The notes: generated by a model not told the origin, from the sequence alone. A DNA stretch of 64,000 nt from Halostella limicola (GCF_003675875.1 NZ_RCDI01000002.1:124786-188785); one strand, 5' to 3'. Shown: positions 48,549-58,215, counted from the first letter of the stretch. Program-made: numbers and translations.

Positions 48549-48797
48549 ATGACCGTCTCCGACTTCTCCGCGCTGTTGCGCGCCGATCCCGGCCGCGCAC
48601 TCCTCTACTCCGTCGTCCCCGTCGTCGTCGCCGTCGCACAGGTACTCAACGCGGTAGTCCACGGCGTCTCCCCGGTGTATCCGGGGCTGTTCGCACTGGC
48701 GCTCGTCGGGTTCGCCGTCGTCGCGACGCAGTACCACCTCGCCGCCCTGCGCGTCGAAAAAGCGTGGTCGTCGTCGGTCGAGCGGCCGGCCGACTAG
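48549..48797 (+). CDS. Small membrane protein (2 TM)
   Basis: 82-aa hydrophobic ORF. Its stop overlaps the convergent gene. Confidence 0.45.
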   Translation: MTVSDFSALLRADPGRALLYSVVPVVVAVAQVLNAVVHGVSPVYPGLFALALVGFAVVATQYHLAALRVEKAWSSSVERPAD

Positions 48798-49306
48798 GTC
48801 GTCTGCGCCGTCGTCGCCCTGTCACGAGCCTGCCGACCCTTGTAGGCGTTGTACGCGCCGATAGCCGCGGCGACCAGGCCGCTGGTGGCCGTGCTCCAGA
48901 GCATCCCCTCCGTCCCCATGTCGAACACGGCGAACGGCGCGACGACGAGCCAGAGGCCGAGCAGCGTGACCAGCCCCGCGGCCGCCTCGCTCACGTTCAG
49001 ACTCTTCGACATCCGGTAGAAGTTGTAACCCGCGACGAGGAATATCGTCGCGCCGATGATGACGTTGTTCCAGCCGGCCGCGTCGAGTTGGGTGCCGCCG
49101 CCCAGGTCGCCGTAGACGAACGGCGAGACGGCGATCCACGCGCCGATCAGCGACGCGAACCCCGCAAGCAGCTTCGACCCGCGCAGGTCGACGGTCCGGT
49201 CGTGCGCGGCCGCCCGGTCGTTCGCGACCCCGTTGTCGTCCGCGGCCGCTCGGTCGTCCGTACGAGACGCTTCGGCCGTCGTGTCTCTGTCGGGTGAATC
49301 TGCCAT
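48794..49306 (-). CDS. SPW-repeat-like membrane protein
   Basis: Four TM helices with repeated W-x-x-V-S/A-P-F motifs. There is an N-terminal acidic tail. Start at MADSPDRD. Confidence 0.5.
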   Translation of the reverse strand: MADSPDRDTTAEASRTDDRAAADDNGVANDRAAAHDRTVDLRGSKLLAGFASLIGAWIAVSPFVYGDLGGGTQLDAAGWNNVIIGATIFLVAGYNFYRMSKSLNVSEAAAGLVTLLGLWLVVAPFAVFDMGTEGMLWSTATSGLVAAAIGAYNAYKGRQARDRATTAQTT

Positions 49307-49398
49307 AGTGTGCCTCCGATCGATCGGTGGTCGAGGACGCGCTAAAAGGAGTCGACCGTTCATACGCTTCCCGCTCGCCGTCCGCGACTAACGGTCGC

Positions 49399-49518
49399 TT
49401 ACTCGTCCCGCTGCCGTCTGCGACTCCCCCGGACGTACTCCAGCGCCGAGACGTACTCCTCGGGGTCGACTTTCCCCTCGGACTCGGCGAGGCGCTCGCG
49501 GATCTTCGTGGGTGTCAT
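49399..49518 (-). CDS. Possible 39-aa ORF (MTPTKIRERLAESEGKVDPEEYVSALEYVRGSRRRQRDE)
   Basis: Hand-translated. It sits in a 290-bp gap and has haloarchaeal codon bias. No motif was recognised. Confidence 0.2.
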   Translation of the reverse strand: MTPTKIRERLAESEGKVDPEEYVSALEYVRGSRRRQRDE

Positions 49519-49599
49519 ACACACGCATACGCTGCCCGACGGTATCAGTGTTGTGGTGAGCGGTAACAAACCACGCAGAAGGCTCGGTCGGCGGGCGCG

Positions 49600-50619
49600 T
49601 CAGTCGGCGATCGCCTCGTCGGACCCCGTCGCCGCGCCCGGGTCCTGCACCCAGAGGTCGCCGAACAACTCGTCCTGCTGGAGGCGGACCCGGCCGCGGT
49701 TCGAGAGGAAGAGCAGGGCGAGGAAGGTCTGGACCTTCGACCCCCCAGCGTCCTCGATCTCCGCGTACAGTACCTCGTCGCGCCCGGCGTCGTAGTGGTC
49801 CGACAGCGTCGCGAACACGTCCTCGATGACCGTCTCGATGTCCTCCTCGTGGGTGTTGCTCGTCACCTCGTCCTGGGTGGGCTCGTCGTCGACGCGCATG
49901 TCGTCGCCGGAGCGGTAGTCGAGCGTCTGGGTCCCGCGCTGGAACCCGCCCGGCGAGTCGCTGGTGTCGTACGAGCGCGACTCCTTCCACCACGACTCCC
50001 GCTCGGCCTCGCGGAGCTCCCGGACCAGTTCGTCGAGCGTCTCCGGCGTCCCGCGGGCCTGCTTGCGCTCCAGCCGGCGCTCCATCTCCCGCTCCAGCCC
50101 CTCGACGGGGTCGTGGTCCGGCGGGGGCGCCTGCGCCCCGTCGTCGAACGGCGCCTCCCACGGGGCCGGCTCGTCGTCCTCCTCGGGCTCGTCCTCGCTC
50201 AGCAGGCCGTCGCCTTTCATCCGCAGGAGGACGCTGGCGTAGAACAGCGCCCGGCCGGAGGTCCGCAGGTCCACCTCGTCCAGCCGGTCGAGGAACTTGT
50301 CGGTCACCGCGACGATGTCGATGTCCCACGGGTCGATCTCGCCCTCCTTCGCCAGCTGGACGAGGAGTTCGACGGGTTCGACCTCGTCCTCGTCGGTCTC
50401 CTCCTCGGGGACCAGGTCCTCGACGGCGGCGGGGTCGTCGCCGTTCGTACTCCCGCCGGGAACGGCGTCCTCGTCGGTCCCGGGCGGGTCGCGGTCCTCG
50501 TGGCCCGCGATGTCGAGCGGAATGCCGCCGTCGCTTTCGGCCGATCCGCGGTCGTCGCGCTCCTCGTGTGCAGACTCCGCGTTCGCTCCGTCCTCGTTGT
50601 CCTCGCTCCCTTCAGTCAT
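49600..50619 (-). CDS. scpA: Segregation and condensation protein A (kleisin ScpA), with long acidic N-terminal extension
   Basis: It overlaps the smc stop by 8 bp. The conserved C-terminal winged-helix region is FLALLFLSNRGRVRLQQDELFGDLWV. Confidence 0.85.
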   Translation of the reverse strand: MTEGSEDNEDGANAESAHEERDDRGSAESDGGIPLDIAGHEDRDPPGTDEDAVPGGSTNGDDPAAVEDLVPEEETDEDEVEPVELLVQLAKEGEIDPWDIDIVAVTDKFLDRLDEVDLRTSGRALFYASVLLRMKGDGLLSEDEPEEDDEPAPWEAPFDDGAQAPPPDHDPVEGLEREMERRLERKQARGTPETLDELVRELREAERESWWKESRSYDTSDSPGGFQRGTQTLDYRSGDDMRVDDEPTQDEVTSNTHEEDIETVIEDVFATLSDHYDAGRDEVLYAEIEDAGGSKVQTFLALLFLSNRGRVRLQQDELFGDLWVQDPGAATGSDEAIAD

Positions 50620-53600
50620 CGGCCGGCACCCCCTCGCCGCTCAGGTCGATACCCGTCACCGCGCTGATGTTGTCGTCCTGCATCGTCACGCCGATGGCCC
50701 GCTCGGAGCGGTCGAGCATCGCCGAGCGGTGCGAGACGACGACGAACTGCGCGTCGCCGGCCAGCTCGTCGACCATCTCGCCGACGCGCTCGGCGTTCGC
50801 GGCGTCGAGGAAGGCGTCGACCTCGTCCAGCGCGTAGAACGGCGCGGGGTTGTGCCGCTGGATGGCGAAGATGAACGCCAGTGCGGTCAGGGACTTCTCG
50901 CCGCCGGACATCGCGTCGAGGCGCTGGATCGGCTTGTCCGCGGGCTGGGCCTTCATCGTCAGGCCGCCCTCGAACGGGTCCTCCTCGTCCTCCAGGTGGA
51001 GCGTCCCCGTCCCGGAGGAGAGGCGGGCGAAGATGTCCTCGAACTGCTCGTTTATCTCCTCGAACGACTCCATGAACGTCGCCTTCTTCTGGGCCTCGTA
51101 GGAGTCGATGCGCTCGCGGATGCCGTCGCGCTCCTCGACGAGCGTCGCCTTGCCCTCCTTCAGCTCCTCGAGTTCCGCCTCGACCTCGTCGTACTCCTCG
51201 ATCGCGAGCATGTTGACGGGTTCGAGCTTCTCCATCTCCCGTTCGAGCCGGGAGATGTTCGACTCGACCTCGTCGTGGTCCGGCACTTCCTCGGGGTCGT
51301 AGTCGCCGACCTCCGACTCCAGCTCCTCGATCTCCCACTCCAGTTGCTCCTCGCGCTCGCGGAGGCTCCCGAGCTTGCTCTCGACCGTGTCGACCTTCTC
51401 CTTCTGCTCGTCGCGGGTCTCCTTCGCGTCGCGGAGGTCCGCCTTGATCTCCTCGCGCTCCGCTTTCAGCTCGGTCAGCTCCTCTTCCAGCTCCGCGACG
51501 GCCTCGCGCTTCTCCTCGAGCTTCGCTTCCTTCGACTCGATCTCGGCCTCGTACTCCTCGATGTCGGCCTCCTTCTCGGCCTTGCGGTTCTGTGCCTGCT
51601 CGATCGTCTCGTGGAGGTCGTCGATCGAGTCCTCGGCGTACTCCTTCTGTAGCTGGTACTCGTTGAGGTCGTCGTCGAGGTCGCTCAGCCGGTCCTCCAG
51701 GTCGTCGATCTCGCCCTCCAGGTCCTCGATCTCCGCGGTGAGCTCCGGGATACGGGAGTCGGCGAGCTCGGCTTCGAGCTCCTCGATGTCGCCCTCGACC
51801 TCGGCGATCGCCTCGTCCTTCGCCGCGATCTCCTCCTCGATCTCCTGCATCCGCTCGTCGACCTCCTCGCGCTCCTCGCGGAGGTCGTCGAGCTCCGCTT
51901 CCATCTCGTCGATGCGCTCCTCGACGCTTTCGTACTCGTCCTCGGTCGACTCGATCTCGCCCTCGATGGAACGGACCTGGTCCGCCGCGTCGGTCTTGCG
52001 GTCGCGGGCGTCGTCGAGGCGGCTCTCCACGTCCCGCAGGTCCGAGCGGACCGAATCCCGCTCGTCCTGCAGGTCGGTTATCTCCTCGGCGACGCGCTCT
52101 AACTGGCCCTTTCCGGTCTTCGAGAAGGAGTAGCGCGAGCCGCTCTTGGAGCCGCCGGTCATCGCGCCGCTCTTCTCGACGAGTTCGCCCGACAGCGTCA
52201 CGAGGCGGTAGTCGCCCATGTACTCGCGGGCGGTCTCCATGTCCTCGACGACGAGCGTGTCGCCGAGCACGTACGAGAACACGCCCGCGTGCTCGTCGGC
52301 GAAGTCGACGAGGTTGTACGCGAAGTCGACCACGCCCGGGTCGCTCGGCGCGGACGGCAGCGACCGGTTGCGCATCTCCGTGATGGGCAGGAACGTCGCC
52401 CGCCCGGCGTTCCGGGACTTGAGGTACTCGATGCACTGCTGGCCGACGCCGTCGTCGTCGACGACCACGTTCGCCAGCCGCCCGCCAGCGGCCGTCTCGC
52501 AGGCCGTCGCGTAGCGCTCGTCGACGCTCCCGAGCTGGCCGACCGTGCCGTGGACGCCGTCCATGCCGGCGTTCAGCACCGTCGACACGGCGCGCCCGTA
52601 GGAGGTGTCCCCGCTCTCGTCGGCCCGGGCCTCCAGTTCGGCGTACTCCTGCTGTTTGGCCTGCAGGCGGTCCTCGACGTCGTCGAGGTCGTCCTGCAGC
52701 TCGCGCTTCTCGCGCTTGAGGTCTTCGACGACGCCCGCGATGTTGTCCTCGTTCTTCCTGGCCTTCGCGAGCTCGTCCTCCAGGTCCTCCAGTTCGGCCC
52801 GGAGCTCGGGGAGGCTGTCGCGGGCCTCGTCGATGTCGTCCTCGGTCTCGCTGATGGCGTTCGAGCGCCGCCGCGCCTCGTCGAGCAGGCGGTCCTGCTC
52901 GCGCTGGAGGTCGTTCTTCTCGGTTTTCAGCTCCTCGAGGTCGGCCTTGCGCTCCTGTAGCTCCGCCTTCACCTCGTCGTACTCGGTGTCGATGGCGTCG
53001 ATCTCCGCCTGGAGCGACTCTATCTCGCTCTCCTTCTCCTGTACGTCTGCCTTGACCGAGGACTTCTCCAGTTTCGTCTCGCGGATCTGCGAGTCGAGTT
53101 CGTCGACCTCCTCCTGCTTGCGGTCGACCTTGACGAAGGCGTCGCGGCGGGTGTCCTCGGCGTCCTCGATCGCCTCCTCGGCGGCCTCGATCCTGTCCTC
53201 GAGGCGGGACACCTCGCCTTTGATCTCCTCCATCTCGCTTTTGATGCGGAGCTGTTCGTCCTCGCCCTTCCGCTCGATCTCGGCGTTCAAGTCCTCCAGG
53301 TCCTCCTGCAGGCGGACGACCTTGCCCTGCTTCTCGTCCAGGGCGCGCCGGAGCTCCTCGAGTTCGGCCTCTCTGGCCTCGATGGACTCCCGGGCGTCGT
53401 CGAGTTCGCGGCGCTTGTCCTCCAGTTCGGCCGCCTTGAGGTAGCCCTCGTACTCCTCTTTCTCCTCGCGGAGCGACTGGTACTCGAGCGCCGCCTCGCG
53501 CTCGTCGGAGAGCTGTTCGAGGCGCTGCTCCTTCTCCTCGATGCGGAGTTCGGCCTCGTCGATGCGCTCCTCGACGACCTCCAGTTCCTCGAAGGCGTCC

Positions 53601-54187
53601 TCCTTCTTCGCGTCGAACTCGGCGACGCCGGCGATCTCGTCGATGATCTCCCGGCGCTCGCCCGGCGTCATGTTGATGATGCCGGTCACGTCGCCCTGCA
53701 TGACGACGTTGTACCCCTCCGGGGTGACGCCCGCGCTGGCGAGCAGGTTCTGGATGTCCGAGAGGTTGACTGAGCGACCGTTGAGGTAGTAGTAGGAGTA
53801 GTAGTTGTCCTCGGTCTCCTTGACGCGGCGCTTGATCGTGATCTCGTCGACGTCGCCGACGTCCTCGCTGCCGGCGGCGTTGACGACCTGCCCGCGCTCG
53901 ACGGTGCGGTCCTCGTTGTTCAGGATCACCGTGACGCTGGCCTCGCGGGGCCCGCCGCCCGCCGACCCCCCGTCCGCGTGGCCGGGGTTGTAGATCAGGT
54001 CGGTGAGTTTCTGGGCGCGGATGCCCCGCGCTCTGGCCAGGCCGAGCGCGAACAGCACCGCGTCGATGATGTTGCTCTTGCCCGAGCCGTTCGGTCCGCT
54101 GACGGTCGTGAAGTCCTCGTAAAACGGGATCCGGGTTTTCCGCCCGAAGCTTTTGAAGTTTTCAAGGACGAGCTCTTTGATGTGCAT
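50612..54187 (-). CDS. smc: Chromosome segregation protein SMC
   Basis: Walker A (GPNGSGKSN), long coiled coils, hinge, the signature motif (LSGGEKSLTALA), and Walker B (YALDEVDAFLD) are all present. Confidence 0.97.
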   Translation of the reverse strand: MHIKELVLENFKSFGRKTRIPFYEDFTTVSGPNGSGKSNIIDAVLFALGLARARGIRAQKLTDLIYNPGHADGGSAGGGPREASVTVILNNEDRTVERGQVVNAAGSEDVGDVDEITIKRRVKETEDNYYSYYYLNGRSVNLSDIQNLLASAGVTPEGYNVVMQGDVTGIINMTPGERREIIDEIAGVAEFDAKKEDAFEELEVVEERIDEAELRIEEKEQRLEQLSDEREAALEYQSLREEKEEYEGYLKAAELEDKRRELDDARESIEAREAELEELRRALDEKQGKVVRLQEDLEDLNAEIERKGEDEQLRIKSEMEEIKGEVSRLEDRIEAAEEAIEDAEDTRRDAFVKVDRKQEEVDELDSQIRETKLEKSSVKADVQEKESEIESLQAEIDAIDTEYDEVKAELQERKADLEELKTEKNDLQREQDRLLDEARRRSNAISETEDDIDEARDSLPELRAELEDLEDELAKARKNEDNIAGVVEDLKREKRELQDDLDDVEDRLQAKQQEYAELEARADESGDTSYGRAVSTVLNAGMDGVHGTVGQLGSVDERYATACETAAGGRLANVVVDDDGVGQQCIEYLKSRNAGRATFLPITEMRNRSLPSAPSDPGVVDFAYNLVDFADEHAGVFSYVLGDTLVVEDMETAREYMGDYRLVTLSGELVEKSGAMTGGSKSGSRYSFSKTGKGQLERVAEEITDLQDERDSVRSDLRDVESRLDDARDRKTDAADQVRSIEGEIESTEDEYESVEERIDEMEAELDDLREEREEVDERMQEIEEEIAAKDEAIAEVEGDIEELEAELADSRIPELTAEIEDLEGEIDDLEDRLSDLDDDLNEYQLQKEYAEDSIDDLHETIEQAQNRKAEKEADIEEYEAEIESKEAKLEEKREAVAELEEELTELKAEREEIKADLRDAKETRDEQKEKVDTVESKLGSLREREEQLEWEIEELESEVGDYDPEEVPDHDEVESNISRLEREMEKLEPVNMLAIEEYDEVEAELEELKEGKATLVEERDGIRERIDSYEAQKKATFMESFEEINEQFEDIFARLSSGTGTLHLEDEEDPFEGGLTMKAQPADKPIQRLDAMSGGEKSLTALAFIFAIQRHNPAPFYALDEVDAFLDAANAERVGEMVDELAGDAQFVVVSHRSAMLDRSERAIGVTMQDDNISAVTGIDLSGEGVPADD

Positions 54188-54220
54188 GGGTTGCTCGTAG
54201 GGGGGCGGACGACCCGCGTC

Positions 54221-54513
54221 CTACGCGACGATGATGTCGTCGCCGAGTTCGGAGTCGTCCGCGTCTTCGTCTTCCGACTGGGGTTCGCCACTCTTAGCCG
54301 CTTCGGACGCCGCTTCGTGGACTTCGTCGGGGTCCGCCTCCTCCGACGGCGCAGCCCGGACATCGGCGGCGCGCGACGGCGTCTCGGCGTCAAGTTCGGA
54401 CTCGAGTACGCGGATCCGCTCTTTCGCCTCGACTAGTTCCTCGGTCAGTCCCTCGACGGTCGACTCCAGCTCGGCGACCGTCGCTTCGAGTTCCTCGACT
54501 CTGTTGCCGGCCA
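54221..54513 (-). CDS. Small coiled-coil protein immediately upstream of smc
   Basis: 97 aa. Start at MAGNRVEELEATVAELESTVEGLTEELVEAKERIRVLESELD, followed by an acidic tail. It lies 33 bp upstream of the smc start on the same strand. Confidence 0.5.
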
Positions 54514-54548
54514 TACGTGTACTGGCACAGTCCCGTGCCCATAAACGT

Positions 54549-54577
54549 GCGTCAGACATTCAAACAATATCTGACAC
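54549..54577 (-). promoter_or_regulatory. Inverted repeat (gtcaga-N13-tctgac) between PGF-CTERM gene stop and coiled-coil/smc promoter
   Basis: The + strand reads gcGTCAGAcattcaaacaataTCTGACac. A TATA-like tttatg lies about 27 bp upstream of the coiled-coil ATG. Confidence 0.4.
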
Positions 54578-55317
54578 TATCGCCGGCGGCCGACTGCGGC
54601 CGCGACGAGCAGGGCGACGACGGCGACGCCCGCGCCGAAGCCGGGCTGTCCGCCCCCGGCACTGGCTTTCGCCTCGTTCTCGGACGACGCGTCGGTCGGC
54701 GTCGCGACGACGCGGAACCCGTCGAACGACGCGTTCGGCCCCCAGCGCGCCGTCGTGTCGTTCGACGACGCCGGGGCAGGTGCGGTCTCGGACAGACCGT
54801 ATCCGTCCGGTGCTCGAACGACGAGCTCCCGGTCGGTCGTGAACCCGTCCGCGAAGGGCGCGGTCACCACCAGGTCGTCGCCGTCGGCGGCGGCCAGCCC
54901 GTGCCACGTCACCGACAGCGCGACGACGCCGGTGTCGCCCCCGTCGGTCGTCGCGAACGTCGCGGCGGCGTCGTCGATTCGCATCTCCCGGTCCGTGCGG
55001 TTCGCCGTGGCCGCCGCGGTGGCGCTCATGCGGTCGGCGAACCTGTCGCGAACGCCGGTGCGGGCGGTCTCGTTCTCCCGGAGCCGGCGGAACGCCTCCC
55101 GCTCTTCCTCGGTCGTCAGGTCGAACGGGACCGTCACCGTCACCCGGGCGCTCCCGTCGGACCGCAGGTCGACCACGAACGCGTCCTCTGTGGGAACCGT
55201 CGCGGCGTCGGCCGCAGCGGAGTCGGCCGATACCGATCCGTCCGCGACGGCCCCGCCGGCGGTCGCGGTCGTTACGAGCAGCGCGACGCACAGAGCGCGC
55301 AGGAGCGATCCGTTCAC
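54577..55317 (-). CDS. Secreted protein with PGF-CTERM archaeosortase sorting signal
   Basis: Has a signal peptide (MNGSLLRALCVALLVTTATAGG). The C-terminus GGGQPGFGAGVAVVALLVAAAVGRRR is a PGF motif plus TM plus basic tail. The body is paralogous to the N-domain of the 56912..58183 protein. Confidence 0.75.
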   Translation of the reverse strand: MNGSLLRALCVALLVTTATAGGAVADGSVSADSAAADAATVPTEDAFVVDLRSDGSARVTVTVPFDLTTEEEREAFRRLRENETARTGVRDRFADRMSATAAATANRTDREMRIDDAAATFATTDGGDTGVVALSVTWHGLAAADGDDLVVTAPFADGFTTDRELVVRAPDGYGLSETAPAPASSNDTTARWGPNASFDGFRVVATPTDASSENEAKASAGGGQPGFGAGVAVVALLVAAAVGRRR

Positions 55318-55338
55318 CGACGCTCACCCCGCAGTCCC

Positions 55339-56751
55339 TCAGTCGTCATCGGCGGTGTCGACGTCGCTGTCGTCCTCGGTGTCGGTACCGTCGTCGTCGG
55401 TCCCGTCGTCGCTCTCCGGATCTTCCTCTGCGTCGGCGTCGTCGCCGCCCTCGTCGTCGGCTTCGATCTCCAGTTCCGCCTCGCCGTCGCCGTCGGACGC
55501 CTCGTACGTCGCCCCGTCGTCAGGGACGGTGACGGAGAGTTCGCCGTCGGCGTCGGTGACGCCGACGACGGACCCGTTCGCGGTCACGGTGACGTTCGCC
55601 GCGGGTTCGCCGTCGACCGTGGCGCGAAGCGCCACCGTCTCGCCCGGCGCGGCCGGGCCGCCCGTGGCCGCGAGCTCCAGCTCGCCGTTGTCCTCGCGTT
55701 CGTCGTCTTCGCGTTCCTCTTCGTCCTCGCGTTCCTCCTCGTCTTCTCTCTCCTCCTCGCTCTCGGACTCGTCTTCGCGCTCGTCGTCTTCGCGCTCTTC
55801 CTCGCCGTCGCGTTCCTCAGCGTCCTCGTCGTCGCCCTCGACCTTCTCCTCCAGCTCGACGACGGTCCCGCTGGAGCCGTCGACGGTGACCTCGGCCTCG
55901 CCGTCGCCGCCGCGGCGTTCGAACTCGAACTCGTACGTGCCGTCGTCCTCGTCGGTCGAGGACTCGTCGAGGGTCCAGTTGGCGTCCGAGAGCGCTTCCT
56001 GAGCGGCCCCCAGCGCGACGGAGCGGTTCAGGGTGAGGTTCGCGTCGCCGTCGCCGGGGCGCTCGAACTCGCGGGAGCGCTCGCCGTCCTCGCTCTCGAC
56101 CTCGATGGAGAGACCGTTCGCGGTCTCGATCTCGACTTTCCCCTCGCTCTGACCGGTGAACCGTTCGAGGAGTGCGTCGGTTCCGGTGCCGGTCACGTTG
56201 TCGAGCCCCTCGACGGTCGACCGGAGCGCGGACTCGTTGAGTCCCGCCGTCTCCAGTTCGCTCGCCGTCAGGTTGTCCGCACGCTCGCTGAGGCGCTCGG
56301 AGCTCGCGAGCACGTTCTCCGCGCGGACGTTCAGTTCGGCGAGTCGCTGGGCGTACTCGGAGCGGGTGATCTCGCCCTCTTCGTACTCTTCGGTCGCCTC
56401 GCGGTAGTCCTCGCGGACGTCCTCGGCGCGCTCGCGGAGCTCCTCGGCGCGGTCCGCCACGGCCTCTGCACGCTCGCCGTCAGTCGTGCTCTCGTACTCT
56501 ACCTCGAACGTCGTCTCCTCGAAGTCGGCCTGTACCTCGTCGTTGGTCGCGGTGACCACCGTCGACAGCTGCTGGCCGACGGTGACGTTCACCGCCGAGT
56601 CGTTCTCCGCGGAGTCGTTCGTCGCGACCGTCGCGGTGCGGTCGGGATGCTGTTCCGCCGTCGCGGACGCCGTGCTCGCGGCCGCGGCGGCCGGGGCGAC
56701 CATCCCGACCACGAGCAGCGCCGCGAGCAGCACGTTCAGTGTGGCTCTCAT
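55339..56751 (-). CDS. Secreted highly acidic protein with internal EEREDxE tandem repeats
   Basis: The signal peptide is MRATLNVLLAALLVVGMVAPAAAAAS. Coiled-coil-like acidic regions and N-glycosylation sequons are present. The (E/D)-rich repeat block spans roughly 55650-55830. Confidence 0.7.
   Translation of the reverse strand: MRATLNVLLAALLVVGMVAPAAAAASTASATAEQHPDRTATVATNDSAENDSAVNVTVGQQLSTVVTATNDEVQADFEETTFEVEYESTTDGERAEAVADRAEELRERAEDVREDYREATEEYEEGEITRSEYAQRLAELNVRAENVLASSERLSERADNLTASELETAGLNESALRSTVEGLDNVTGTGTDALLERFTGQSEGKVEIETANGLSIEVESEDGERSREFERPGDGDANLTLNRSVALGAAQEALSDANWTLDESSTDEDDGTYEFEFERRGGDGEAEVTVDGSSGTVVELEEKVEGDDEDAEERDGEEEREDDEREDESESEEEREDEEEREDEEEREDDEREDNGELELAATGGPAAPGETVALRATVDGEPAANVTVTANGSVVGVTDADGELSVTVPDDGATYEASDGDGEAELEIEADDEGGDDADAEEDPESDDGTDDDGTDTEDDSDVDTADDD
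55650..55830 (-). repeat. In-frame tandem acidic repeat (EEREDDEREDE... units) within secreted protein gene
   Basis: The repeat is visible at the nucleotide level as recurring gaagacgagcgcgaagac/ctcctcgcg-type ~27-bp units. Confidence 0.5.
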
Positions 56752-56911
56752 CGTAGCGGTATCTTCTCCCACTCGACATTAAACCGGGGCGATAGTCCCG
56801 GCGAGTTCCCGGCCGCTTGCGCCCGCTCCCGGACGTTTTCGTCCGTTTGCACCGAGTTGCGACGCGGGACCGTCGGGTTTTTATCGAGGGACTGCAAGGT
56901 TCCGTCCCGAG

Positions 56912-58183
56912 ATGGTCGCCCGCCGTGCCGCCGCGCTCGCAGTCCTCCTCTGTCTCGCGGCGCTGGTCCCGTCGGTCGCCGCGAGCGCCGCCGGTGCCGA
57001 CGACCAGGGTGCGTCACCGAGCGCGACAGTCGCGCCCGACCCGGTCGACGACGCACCGCCGTCGGTCAGTGACTCGCGACAGCCGAGCGTCGCCGTCGGA
57101 GGGTCGCCGGACACCGACACCACCGTGACACGGATAGCGGTCCACGCCAACGGCTCCGCCACGTGGACGCTCGAAGTGCGGACGCGCCTGACCACGGACG
57201 CGGACGTCGAGGACTACGAGGCGTTCCGCGAGCGGGTCCGGGAGAACCGCAGTCGCTACCTCGACCCGTTCCGCGACCGGATGGAGGGGGTCGTCGCGAA
57301 CGCCGGCGAGGCGACAGGGCGGGAGATGGCCGCGGGCGATTTCGCCGTGTCGACGCGGATCCAGGAGGTGCCGCGCCGCTGGGGCGTCGTCACCTACTCG
57401 TTCCGTTGGGACGGCTTCGCGGCGACCGACGGCGACGCCGTCGTCGCGGGCGACGTGTTCCAGGGCGGCTACTACCTCGCCGACAACGACACGCTCGCGA
57501 TCGAAGCGCCGGCCGACCACGCGGTCGCCGACGCTGACCCGACGCCGGACGAGCGCGAAGGCGGCGACCTGACGTGGATAGGGCCGGAGAGCTTCGACGA
57601 CGAGCGCCCGCGCGTCGCGTTCGAACCGGCAGACGACGAGACGACGGAGGGCGGGAGTGCCGCCGGAGACGGAGAGACCGGCGCTGGCGGCGACGCCGAC
57701 CCCGACGGCTCGCCCTCGCAGTTCCCGACCCTCGTCGTCGGAGCGGTCGTCGCCGTCGGTCTCGTCGGTGCACTCGGCTACCGCGCCTACGCAGGAGGAC
57801 CCGGCGAGGGTGAGGGCGAGGTCGCGGAGGGCGCGGATCCGTCGTCCGGCGACGCCGGCGAGGACGGCGACGCGGAGCGAGGGACGGAGACCGCGGCGTC
57901 GGCGACGGCCGAGGGTGCGGCGGCCGGGAGCGCGACAGACGAACGAGGGCCGAACGCCGACGCCGTTGCGGACCCGGAGCTACTCACCGACGAGGACCGC
58001 GTCGTGCGCCTGTTGGAGCGGGAGGGCGGCCGCTGCAAGCAGTCCGCGATCGCCGACGAACTCGGCTGGTCGGCGTCGAAGACCTCGCGCGTGGTCTCGG
58101 ACATGGCCGAGGCAGGGACCGTCGAGAAGCTCCGGATCGGCCGCGAGAACGTCATCGACCTCGACGGCGGTCCGTCCCGTTAG
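56912..58183 (+). CDS. Membrane-anchored transcriptional regulator: signal peptide, extracellular domain, TM helix, cytoplasmic winged HTH
   Basis: MVARRAAALAVLLCLAALVPSVAASAAG is a signal peptide. An extracellular domain of ~230 aa follows, homologous to the PGF-CTERM protein (FRERVRENRSRYLDPFRDRM vs FRRLRENETARTGVRDRFADRM). The TM segment is PTLVVGAVVAVGLVGAL. After a Gly/Glu linker the C-terminal wHTH reads DRVVRLLEREGGRCKQSAIADELGWSASKTSRVVSDMAEAGTVEK. Confidence 0.75.
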   Translation: MVARRAAALAVLLCLAALVPSVAASAAGADDQGASPSATVAPDPVDDAPPSVSDSRQPSVAVGGSPDTDTTVTRIAVHANGSATWTLEVRTRLTTDADVEDYEAFRERVRENRSRYLDPFRDRMEGVVANAGEATGREMAAGDFAVSTRIQEVPRRWGVVTYSFRWDGFAATDGDAVVAGDVFQGGYYLADNDTLAIEAPADHAVADADPTPDEREGGDLTWIGPESFDDERPRVAFEPADDETTEGGSAAGDGETGAGGDADPDGSPSQFPTLVVGAVVAVGLVGALGYRAYAGGPGEGEGEVAEGADPSSGDAGEDGDAERGTETAASATAEGAAAGSATDERGPNADAVADPELLTDEDRVVRLLEREGGRCKQSAIADELGWSASKTSRVVSDMAEAGTVEKLRIGRENVIDLDGGPSR

Positions 58184-58215
58184 CCTTTAACCCGGCCGCG
58201 CCGAATCGGGGCGTA

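Noticed and set aside
55339-56751. Considered whether the acidic repetitive secreted protein could be a mobile-element or phage tail-fibre-like gene
   Set aside because: It has a signal peptide, extreme acidity and EEREDDE repeats, with no enzymatic or structural phage motifs. There are no flanking integrase or transposase genes or target-site repeats. It is more consistent with a haloarchaeal surface or cation-binding protein.
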